Below, in pieces: positions 23,401 through 34,065 of a stretch of DNA of 64,000 bases. A model generated the notes under the pieces. That model ran no database searches and had not been told where the DNA came from. It worked only from the letters and a program-made list of their open reading frames with translations. This stretch comes from Macrostomum hystrix (Eukaryota > Animalia > Platyhelminthes). The stretch is taken from the NCBI GenBank assembly GCA_950097015.1, contig CATNEN010000038.1, forward strand, positions 30,442,001-30,506,000, given 5' to 3'. Position 1 is the stretch's first letter, and every line of letters begins with the position of its first letter. The position numbers and the translations under genes were made by a program.

Positions 23401-26400
23401 CGAGGAGGGCCGTTATGATGTGTTTCGCTATCTGTGCCTGGAGTGCGGTGCCGACTTTGGCGCGAAGTGAGCATTTGCGATGACAGTGACCTACTCTCCC
23501 ACAGTGATCTACTCTCCCACAATGACCTACTCTCCCACAATGACCTACTCTCCCACAGTGATCTACTCTCCCACAATGACCTACTCTCCCACAATGATCT
23601 ACTCACCAACAATGACCTACTCACCCAGAATGACCTAATCTCTTAAAATGAATTTTCAAAACCCATTTAAATCAGAGATGACGTCGGTCGCAATTCGCTG
23701 ATGCTGGCTGTAGCAAAGTCGCACTACGAGATTGCGAAATTTCTTCTAGATCGAGACATTGACATCAACGCCACAGATATTAACAAGGTAAGTTAGCTAT
23801 TTTAGATCCCATTTCAGATTATCTCAATTTGAAGACTCTTTAATACTAAAATCCCAATTCACAGAATCCCAATTCACAGAATCCCAATTCACAGAATCCA
23901 AATTCACAGAATCCCAATTCACAGAATGAATCCCAATTCCTAACCTTATGCCAGAACACAGCTCTGCACTATGCCGCCAAAGAGGACACTACCGGGCAAT
24001 GTGTGCGCCTATTGCTTGAATACTCAGCACTGCTCAGCGAGAACAACAACAAGGAGACAGCCGTGGACTTCGCGCTGATGGTCAGCAACAAGGAGTCTCT
24101 TGAAGTATTCTTTAGCGAGCAGTAGTAAGTCGTGATTTTTTGCCTAAATTCAATCAACTCAAATTTGATTATTTCATTGTGGGAGAGTAGGTCATTGTGG
24201 GAGAGTAGGTCATTGTTGGAGAGTAGGTCATTGTTGGAGAGTAGGTCATTGTTGGAGAGTAGGTCATTGTTGGAGAGTAGGTCATTGTTGGAGAGTAGGT
24301 CATTGTGGGAGAGTAGGTCATTGTTGGAGAGTAGGTCATTGTTGGAGAGTAGGTCATTTTGCGAGTGTAGGTCATTGTGGGAGAGTAGGTCATTGTTGGA
24401 GAGTAGGTCATTGTTGGAGAGTAGGTCATTGTGGGAGAGTAGGTCATTGTGGGAGAGTAGGTCATTGTGGGAGAGTAGGTCATTGTGGGAGAGTAGGTCA
24501 TTGTGGGAGAGTAGGTCATTGTGGGAGAGTAGGTCATTGTGGGAGAGTAGGTCATTGTGGGAGAGTAGGTCATTGTGGGAGAGTAGGTCATTGTGGGAGA
24601 GTAGGTCATTGTGGGAGAGAAGGTCATTGTGGGAGAGTAGGTCATTGTGGGAGAGTAGGTCATTGTGGGAGAGTAGGCCATTGTGGGAGAGTAGGTCATT
24701 TTGCGAGTGTAGGTCATTGTGGGAGAGTAGGTCATTGTGGGAGAGTAGGTCATTGTGGGAGAGTAGGTCATTGTGGGAGAGTAGGTCATTGTGGGAGAGT
24801 AGGTAATTGTGGGAGAGAAGGTCATTGTGGGAGAGTAGGTAATTGTGGGAGAGTAGGTCATTGTCGGAGAGAAGGTCATTGTGGGAGAGTAGGTAATTGT
24901 GGGAGAGTAGGTCATTGTGGGAGAGAAGGTCATTGTGGGAGAGTAGGTAATTGTGGGAGAGTAGGTCATTGTGGGAGAGAAGGTCATTGTGGGAGAGTAG
25001 GTAATTGTGGGAGAGAAGGTCATTGTTGGAGAGTAGGTCATTGTTGGAGAGTAGGTCATTGTGGGAGAGTAGGTCATTGTGGGAGAGTAGGTCATTGTGG
25101 GAGAGTAGGTCATTGTGGGAGAGTAGGTCATTGTGGGAGAGTAGGTCATTGTGGGAGAGTAGGTCATTGTGGGAGAGTAGGTCATTGTGGGAGAGTAGGT
25201 CATTGTGGGAGAGTAGGTCATTGTGGGAGAGTAGGTCATTGTGGGAGAGAAGGTCATTGTGGGAGAGTAGGTCATTGTGGGAGAGTAGGTCATTGTGGGA
25301 GAGTAGGCCATTGTGGGAGAGTAGGTCATTTTGCGAGTGTAGGTCATTGTGGGAGAGTAGGTCATTGTGGGAGAGTAGGTCATTGTGGGAGAGTAGGTCA
25401 TTGTGGGAGAGTAGGTCATTGTGGGAGAGAAGGTCATTGTGGGAGAGTAGGTCATTGTGGGAGAGTAGGTCATTGTGGGAGAGTAGGTCATTGTGGGAGA
25501 GTAGGTAATTGTGGGAGAGTAGGTAATTGTGGGAGAGAAGGTCATTGTGGGAGAGAAGGTCATTGTGGGAGAGTAGGTCATTGTGGGAGAGTAGGTCATT
25601 GTGGGAGAGTAGGTCATTGTGGGAGAGTAGGTCATTGTGGGAGAGTAGGTCATTGTGGGAGAGTAGGTCATTGTGGGAGAGTAGGTAATTGTGGGAGAGT
25701 AGGTAATTGTGGGAGAGAAGGTCATTGTGGGAGAGTAGGTCATTGTGGGAGAGTAGGTAATTGTGGGAGAGTAGGTCATTGTGGGAGAGTAGGTCATTGT
25801 GGGAGAGTAGGTAATTGTGGGAGAGAAGGTCATTGTGGGAGAGAAGGTCATTGTGGGAGAGTAGGTCATTGTGGGAGAGTAGGTCATTTTGGGAGAGTAG
25901 GTAACTTTTCAAATCAGAATCCAATCTCAACAGTGAATAGACAGTAAGCTTCCAGTGTGTTTGCGTTGCCATATTGACTGGGCAAACTATTAAAATCTGT
26001 GTGCTATGTGAATCCCAATCCCAATATGTTCTAGCCAATAAATGTCGGCGAAAATCCTAAAGTTAGCTGATCAAACACAGATTTCGCTAATCAATTGTTT
26101 CATATAGCTGTGCTGCATGTTTTGTAGACATGTTTTGATTATAACTGATCAGTTAATGCTGCCTTAGCATCTAATATAGGTCCTTTTTTATTGTAGCACT
26201 TGCTCTGTTGGCAAATATTTGACTTTTTACAGCAAGTTAACAATGCTCATTGGTTATCGTGGTATAGTGTTTATTTTCTCACTTAGCTAAAGGGGAAGAA
26301 TAAAGAGTTGAAGGGGAAGAATAAAGAGTTGAAGGGGAAGAATAAAGAGTTGAAGGGGAAGAATAAAGAGTTGAAGGGGGAGAAAAAAGAGTTGAAGGGA

Positions 26401-29400
26401 AGAATAAAGAGTTGAAGGGGGAGAAAAAAGAGTTGAAGGGGGAGAAAAAAGAGTTGAAGGGAAGAATAAAGAGTTGAAGGGGGAGAAAAAATAGTTGAAG
26501 GGGAAGAATAAAGAGTTGAAGGGGGAGAAAAAAGAGTTGAAGGGAAGAGAAAAGAGTTGAAAGGGAAGAATAAAGAGTTGAAGGGGAAGAATAAAGAGTT
26601 GAAGGGAAGAAAAAAGAGTTCAAGGGGAAGAAAAAAAACTTAAATGGGAAGAATAAGGAGTTGAAGGGGAAGAATAAAGAGTTGAAGGGGGAGAAAAAAG
26701 AGTTGAAGGGAAGAGAAAAGAGTTGAAAGGGAAGAATAAAGAGTTGAAGGGGAAGAATAAAGAGTTGAAGGGAAGAAAAAAGAGTTCAAGGGGAAGAAAA
26801 AAAACTTAAATGGGAAGAATAAGGAGTTGAAGGGGAAGAATTAAGAGTTGAAGGGGAAGAATCAAGAGTTGAATGGGAAGAATCAAGATTTGAAGGGGGG
26901 AGAATAAAGAGTTGAAGGGAAGAATAAAGAGTTGACGGGGAAAATAAAGAGTAGAATGGGAAGAATCAAGAGTTGAAGGGGAAGAATAAAGAGTTCAAAG
27001 GTAAGAATCAAGAGTTGAAGGGGAAGAATCAAGAGTTGAATGGGAAGAATCAAGAGTTGAAGGGGAAGAAAAAAGAGTAGAATGGGAGAATAAAGAGTAT
27101 AAGGAGATAATAGAGAGTAAAAGGGGAAGAGGAGAAAGGAGAAGAGGGGGGAGGGGAGAAGTGAAGAAGAGATGAAATGATAGGAAGCAGAGACGTGGGA
27201 AAGGGAAAGTTGAGTGGAATGGAAAGCAGAGAAAGTATAATAGAAAGCTGAGAGATAGATGATGGAGAAGCGAGCACAGAATGGAGAACTGGGATAAAAG
27301 CTTGCATTTAGGAGAGAAATAATTGTATTATTTCAATTATAACCACGTTTTTTTAATTTTGCGCTAGCTGGTCCTGGACAATGACCTATCGCCGAGAAAA
27401 CGGTCGAACTCACATGGACAAGCTGATTCAGCACTCGTCTGAGTACGCTCTGGTCAGCGCCCTGTTTGCTGATGTCAAGCATTGATCGGTGCTGTTGTAT
27501 CAACTTACGTTCTTTAAAGTGTTTGATTTTACTTTTAGAAAGTTCTTGACTATGGCATTCAGACAACGGTGCGAGATCCGATGGATAAAAACTTTGCGGT
27601 GAGTTTGTTCTCCTCGACAAAATATTCGATTAGCAGTTAGAATATCGATAAAAGATAATAAGAGGGCGAAATTGAGTATCACTGATAAGAAAGGTGAGAA
27701 AATATATAACAGGTAAGTAGGGTGTAAAAATTGATCACTGATAAGAAAGGTGAGAAAATATATAACAGGTAAGTAGGGTGTAAAAATTGATCACTGATAA
27801 GAAAGGTGAGATCGCAGATAAGAAAGATGTGAAAATATATAACAGGTAAGAAAGGTGTGGAAATTAATCACAAGTAAGAAAGGTAAAACATCTGCAATTA
27901 AATTTCGCAGGTTATCTACAATTACTCTCTGATCGATCCTGGTCCAGACGATCCCGCATCGAATCCGAATCGGTACTTGGCGCTGATGACAATGGCCCGA
28001 TACAAACAGTTGGATTTATTGAAGCATCCGCTGTCTATGGCACTCATGCAGGAGAAATGGTACACGAGTCTACGATTTTTCGTTTTTTTAGAAACACAAA
28101 TGTGTAACAAGATTTGCAAATATTTCTACTGCCAGTAGTCTAAATCGAATGCTTGCACATTTTTTAAGGAAAAAGTTTGCCAGCTTCTCTCTATGGGTGG
28201 ACTGCGTGTTCTACGTGTTGTTTGTCGCCTGCCTGACCTTCTTTGTTATCGACCAGGGTCCGCTATCCCCTAATCAGCTGGACGAGATGGGCTGCCGAAA
28301 TACCACTGCGGGCATGGTAGGACATGCCAGCGTGCCGGCGCCGATTGGAAAATGGGGATCGGGATGGGGATAGGGATGGGATTGGGAATCGGACAGCAAT
28401 GGATCTGAACAGGAGTATGGAGTGGGGATGGATTTGGAAATGGCGATGGGAATGAGGATGTGGATTGGGATTGGGATGGGAATGGGATGGGGGTGGGGAT
28501 GGTGATGGAGTATATGGGACAGAAATGGAAGCTATTCCAATGTCTACTTTTCAATCCCTATTATTTGTATGCACTAAAATACGTTTCAGTCGCCTCCAGT
28601 GAACTCATCAATGTCACTGGGATCGGGGTCGGGGGTAAGTACGTCTTTTTGAGCTGTCAAGAGCATGATCAACAGTATCATTTTGAGCAACCAAAACTTT
28701 AACAATAAAATTTCAGCGACCAAAACTGACCAATATGAGGATCATTGCCGAGAAGTCTATTATCATTATCCTCCTGCTCATTCGAATTCTTATGGAACTG
28801 CTCAAGATGTTTCACAAGGTCAATTGAGTTTGATATTTGGGTTTCTGCATCATTTACCAAATCCTCATTCACCAAATCCTCATTCACCAAATCCTCATTC
28901 ACCAAATTTTCATTCACCAAATCCTCATTCACCAAATCCTCATTCACCAAATCCTCATTCACCAAATCCTCATTCACCGAATCCTCATTCACCAAATCCT
29001 CATTCACCAAATCCTCATTCACCAAATCCTCATTCACCAAATCCTCATTCACCAAATCCTCATTCACAAAATCCTCATTCACACAAATCCTCATTTACGA
29101 AATTCTCATTCACCAACTACTCATTCACCAAATCCTCTTTCACGAAATCCTTATTCACCAAATCCTCATTCACCAAATCCTCATTCACACAAATCCTCAT
29201 TTACGAAATTCTCATTCACCAACTACTCATTCACCAAATCCTCATTCACCAAATCCTCATTCACCAAATCCTCATTCACCAAGTACTCATCTAAAAGATC
29301 CTCATTTACCTATCTTGATTTCCCAATTCTTGTTTGCTGATGATATGAAGAACATAAAACTGTTTGCAAAAAATTGTTCATTTACAATTTATTCTTAATT

Positions 29401-32400
29401 TATTACAATTTTACAGCGCCTAGCCTACTTTAGAAGCGTTGAGGTGTACTTTTACCTGAGCCTGTACGGCACATCGTTCGCTTTCATGTATCCGCCGGAT
29501 TCTGAGCCCTGCCAATGGAACTGGATGTTTGGATTAGTAGCCATTGTGCTGGCCTGGTCGCTGGTACTATTTCAAATCGAATGGTGAGCATAGTTTGGGA
29601 TAAACACTTGCCTTCTAACAGGTTCATGCTGTCTACCAGTTGTTTCTTGTCTAACAGGTAAATCTTCTGTCTAATAGGTAGATCTTTTGTCTAACAGATG
29701 GATCTCCTGTCTAACAGGCGGATCTCCTGTCTAACAGGTGGATCTCCTGTCTAACAGATGGATCTTCTGTCTAACAGGTAGATCTTTTGTCTAACAGATG
29801 GATCTCCTGTCTAACAGGCGGATCTCCTGTCTAACAGGTGGATCTCCTGTCTAACAGGCGGATCTCCTGTCTAACAGGTGGATCTCCTGTCTAACAGGCG
29901 GATCTCCTGTCTAACAGGTGGATCTCCTGTCTAACAGGCGGATCTCCTGTCTAACAGGCGGATCTCCTGTCTAACAGGCGGATCTCCTGTCTAACAGATT
30001 GATCTCCTGTCTAACAGATGAATCTCCTGTCTCATAGATGGATCTCCTGTCTAACAGGCGGATCTCTTGTCTAACAGATTGATCTCCTGTCTAACAGGCG
30101 GATCTCCTGTCTCATAGATGGATCTCCTGTCTAACAGGTGGATCTCCTGTCTAACAGATTGATCTCCTGTCTAACAGGCGGATCTCCTGTCTAACAGGTG
30201 GATCTCCTGTCTAACAGGTGGATCTCCTGTCTAACAGGTAGATCTTTTGTCTAACAGATGGATCTCCTGTCTAACTGGGGATCTCCTGTCTAACAGGCGG
30301 ATCTCCTGTCTAACAGGTGGATCTCCTGTCTAACAGGTGGATCTTCTGTCTAACAGGTAGATCTTTTGTCTAACAGGCGGATCTCCTGTCTAACTGGGGA
30401 TCTCCTGTCTAACAGGTGGATCTCCTGTCTAACAGGTGGATCTCCTGTCTAACAGGTGGATCTCCTGTCTAACAGGCGGATCTCCTGTCTAACAGGTGGA
30501 TCTCCTGTCTAACAGATGGATCTTCTGTCTAACAGGTAGATCTTTTGTCTAACAGATGGATCTCCTGTCTAACAGGCGGATCTCCTGTCTAACAGGTGGA
30601 TCTCCTGTCTAACAGGCGGATCTCCTGTCTAACAGGTGGATCTCCTGTCTAACAGGCGGATCTCCTGTCTAACAGGTGGATCTCCTGTCTAACAGGCGGA
30701 TCTCCTGTCTAACAGGCGGATCTCCTGTCTAACAGGCGGATCTCCTGTCTAACAGATTGATCTCCTGTCTAACAGATGAATCTCCTGTCTCATAGATGGA
30801 TCTCCTGTCTAACAGGCGGATCTCTTGTCTAACAGATTGATCTCCTGTCTAACAGGCGGATCTCCTGTCTCATAGATGGATCTCCTGTCTAACAGGTGGA
30901 TCTCCTGTCTAACAGATTGATCTCCTGTCTAACAGGCGGATCTCCTGTCTAACAGGTGGATCTCCTGTCTAACAGGTGGATCTCCTGTCTAACAGGTAGA
31001 TCTTTTGTCTAACAGATGGATCTCCTGTCTAACTGGGGATCTCCTGTCTAACAGGCGGATCTCCTGTCTAACAGGTGGATCTCCTGTCTAACAGGTGGAT
31101 CTTCTGTCTAACAGGTAGATCTTTTGTCTAACAGGCGGATCTCCTGTCTAACTGGGGATCTCCTGTCTAACAGGTGGATCTCCTGTCTAACAGGTGGATC
31201 TCCTGTCTAACAGGTGGATCTCCTGTCTAACAGGCGGATCTCCTGTCTAACATGCGGATCTCCTGTCTAACAGGTGGATCTCCTGTCTAACAGGTGGATC
31301 TCCTGTCTAACAGGTGGATCTCCTGTCTAACAGGTGGATCTCCTGTCTAACAGGCGGATCTCCTGTCTAACATGCGGATCTCCTGTCTAACAGGTGGATC
31401 TCCTGTCTAACAGGTGGATCTCCTGTCTAACAGGCGGATCTCCTGTCTAACAGATTGATCTCCTGTCTAACAGATGGATCTCCTGTCTCATAGATGGATC
31501 TCCTACACACACTGAGTAGTACATAAAAATTGATTAGTAACGTAATGAAAAACGGTTTTTAAAGTATCCATGGAGAGAAATATATAAACCCACTCAATTT
31601 GCAGCATTCCGTATACGGGTATGTATTCGCTGATGTTTCAAAAAGTTCTGGTCTCTCTAGTGAAGGTACTCCTGTTGTTTGGCTTCTTCATAATGGCTTT
31701 CGCTATGGCTTTCTACTCGAGTATGAGAACTTCGGTGAGTTTATAGAGGGTAGACAGAGAGACAGACAGAGGTAGATACGAGTACACAGGGTAGACAGTC
31801 AAGTAGATACAGTATTGTAGACAAGACTGATACAGTAGGGTAGACAGGTAGGTAGATACAGAGGGTAGACAGTCGGGTAGATACAGTGGGTAGACAGGCA
31901 AGTAGATACAGAGGGTAGACAGGTAGATAGATACAGTGGGTGGACAGGTAGGTAGATACAGAGGGTAGACAGGTAGATAGATACAGAGGGTAGGCAGGTA
32001 GATAGATACAGTGGGTGGACAGGTAGGTAGATACAGAGGGTAGACAGGTAGATAGATACAGAGGGTAGAAAGGTAGGTAGATACAGAGAGTAGACAGGTA
32101 GGTAGATACAGAGGGTAGACAGGCAAGTAGATACGGTGGGTAGACAGCTAGGTAGATACAGAGTGTGTTTATAGTAACCTTCCATGTGTTTCTCCATACA
32201 TTTCAGACACCATTCAGCACGGTGCCCTACGCCATCCTGAAGACATTCGACATGACACTCGGCGAGCTGGAGTTCGTCACCTACTTCATCTCGACCGACT
32301 ATGGCAGCTTTCAAACTAGCGTTCAGTGCGTCTTTGTGGCTTTTGTTGTCATCATGCCCATCGCTCTGATGAACCTTCTGGTTTGTGCCTGGAGAGATAG

Positions 32401-34065
32401 AATTAGTGTTTTATTCATTTTTGTTCCCATTATTTTGATTGACAGAATGTTTGATCTATTGATTCCTCGTATATTGATTGGATTGATATTTAGATTGGCG
32501 TGGCTGTTGGCGACATTGAGGGCATCACGCGAGGAGCGGAACTGCAACTTTTGGCTATTCGGGTGAGGGATTAATATTTTTAAAGAGCGTGCTTTTTATT
32601 GCTAATAAGTCTGGTCGAAGCATTCCTACATTCGTGTCTACTTTCAGTAGAATATGCAAACATAAACAAAAACGTTTGTTCAAGTTTTTGTAAAAAAGCG
32701 GGTCGTAATAGGACGAGAATGAGACAGGAGAGAGATAAAACACGGAAGAAACAAGACACCGGAGAGATAAGACAGGGGAGAGATGAGACAGGGAAGTGAT
32801 GAGACAAGTAAGATATGAGACACGGGAGATGAGATTTGATAGATAAGATAGGTGAGAGATGAGACAGGGGAGAGATGAGGCAGGTGAGAGATAAGACATG
32901 GCAGAGATAAGAAATGGGAGAGATGAGTCAGGGCATAGTTAAGACTGGGGAGAGATGAGTCAGGGCAGAGATAAGACTAGGGAGAGATGAGTCAGGGCAG
33001 AGATAAGACTGGGGAGAGATGAGTCAGGGCAGAGATAAGACTGGGGAGAGATGAGTCAGGGCAGAGATAAGACTGGGGAGAGATGAGTCAGGGCAGAGTC
33101 AAGAATGGGGAGAGATGAGTCAGGGCAGAGTTAAGACTGGGGAGAGATGAGTCAGGGCAGAGATAAGACTGGGGAGAGATGAGTCAGGGCAGAGATAAGA
33201 CTGGGGAGAGATGAGTCAGGGCAGAGTCAAGAATGGGGAGAGATGAGTCAGGGCAGAGATAATACTGGGGAGAGATGAAAGAGGAGAGAGTATGTGTTGG
33301 AAGGGTTCAGTGGGTCGGATTAGCAAGCCACCAGTGTCCCTGTCTCGAGTCTGTCAGTTCAAGACCAGCGAATCATCCGATTTAAAGTGCAGGACAAAAA
33401 TTGCATTCGCAGATCAATCTAATCTACGAGGTTGAGACCAATAGTCCGAGATATTTTCAACGCCGACTGCACCGCAGCCACATGGAGATTTATCCGAATC
33501 GCACCTACACCGGACTCAAGGCGTTGTTCCGCGGCAGCTTCGAGGAGGACTACCGGGACTACAAGACTGCTCAGAGAGCTGAACTGACCGGCGACAAGAC
33601 TGACCCGGATACTGCTAGTCTAGGACAACTGGTCCAACTGCAGACTGACAGGTAACCAGCTTTTGTGAGGATTCGCATCTTGGGATTGCAGATTTTATTT
33701 AATAAGGATTAAAGATTTTATCGCTCATTTTTATAAAAATCGTTAATTCTGTCACTCTATGGTCATTCTAAAAATAGATAATTCGGTCACTCTATGGTCA
33801 TTCTAAAAATCGTTAATTCTGTCTTTCTATGGTCATTCCAGGAATCTCACTCTAAATGCTCATTCTAGGAATCATGTCACTCAAAATGTTCACCCCAGGA
33901 AAATTGTCACTTTATTGTCATACTAGGAATCATGACTTCTGTCTGTAATTGTCTTTATCATCGATTGTATGTCTTACAAAAAATTTCAGAGTCTCTGAAC
34001 TCGAGCAGAGTATCAAGGCCCTATCAATGAAGCTAGATGCGTACATCAGCTCTGCGAAGCGGTGA
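17438..34065 (+). CDS. TRPA1: TRPA1-like ankyrin-repeat TRP cation channel; 24 exons, ~1126 aa
   Basis: Exons, all GT-AG and phase-compatible (3381 nt total): 17438-17662, 18160-18504, 18773-18877, 20005-20125, 20451-20554, 20679-20726, 21439-21563, 21667-21715, 22867-23148, 23216-23466, 23676-23787, 23955-24124, 27368-27452, 27539-27598, 27911-28059, 28169-28316, 28590-28634, 28717-28818, 29417-29583, 31605-31734, 32207-32380, 32494-32562, 33413-33651, 33990-34065. Many ankyrin repeats (GQTALHVA, TPLHWA, TPLHYAA), pre-S1 LLKHPLSMALMQEKW, pore KTFDMTLGELEF, S6 MPIALMNLLIGVAVGDI and a C-terminal coiled coil. AATAAA at 34101. Confidence 0.92.
17754..18139. repeat. 22-bp minisatellite (GATGGGATCATGTCTAGATACC)n, TRPA1 intron 1
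   Basis: About 17 tandem units ending ~20 nt before the acceptor. Confidence 0.95.
18892..19800. repeat. 26-bp minisatellite (GAGAGAGTGAAAGGCGAGACTAGGGC)n, intron 3
   Basis: About 35 units starting ~15 nt after the donor. Confidence 0.95.
20934..21350. repeat. 63-64-bp minisatellite, intron 6
   Basis: GGCTAGCGATAGTGTACATTCC recurs at 63-64 nt spacing, about 6.5 units. Confidence 0.9.
22240..22810. repeat. (CATCC/CCATCC/CGATCC)n simple repeat, intron 8
   Basis: Degenerate 5-6-bp tandem repeat. Confidence 0.95.
23482..23640 (+). repeat. 18-bp minisatellite (CAATGACCTACTCTCCCA)n, intron 10
   Basis: About 8-9 units; exact reverse complement of the intron 12 unit. Confidence 0.95.
23849..23940. 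repeat. 15-bp repeat (AATCCCAATTCACAG)n, intron 11
   Basis: About 5-6 units just upstream of the exon 12 acceptor. Confidence 0.9.
24175..25903 (-). repeat. 18-bp minisatellite (TGGGAGAGTAGGTCATTG)n, intron 12
   Basis: About 96 units; source of the SHNDLL, TMTYSP and WESRSL ORFs. Confidence 0.98.
26290..27110. repeat. 21-bp purine-rich minisatellite (GAAGGGGAAGAATAAAGAGTT)n, intron 12
   Basis: About 39 units. Confidence 0.95.
27678..27890. repeat. 56-bp tandem repeat, intron 14
   Basis: ATCACTGATAAGAAAGGTGAG at 27678, 27734 and 27790, followed by degenerate copies. Confidence 0.85.
28855..29300. repeat. 15-bp minisatellite (CCAAATCCTCATTCA)n, intron 18
   Basis: About 29 units. Confidence 0.95.
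29610..31505. repeat. 20-bp minisatellite (GGATCTCCTGTCTAACAGGY)n, intron 19
   Basis: About 94 units with an internal 758-bp block duplication. Confidence 0.98.
31745..32163. repeat. 25-bp minisatellite (GAGGGTAGACAGGTAGRTAGATACA)n, intron 20
   Basis: About 16 units filling most of the intron. Confidence 0.93.
32715..33290. repeat. 16/32-bp minisatellite (GGGGAGAGATGAGTCAGGGCAGAGATAAGACT)n, intron 22
   Basis: Degenerate 16-17-mers grade into 11 regular 32-bp dimeric units. Confidence 0.93.

Noticed and set aside
23969-26038. Long ORFs of 689, 572 and 224 aa (SHNDLL, TMTYSP, WESRSL repeats; superficially LRR- or CTD-like)
   Set aside because: Translations of an 18-bp intronic minisatellite; open because the unit is a multiple of 3 without stops.
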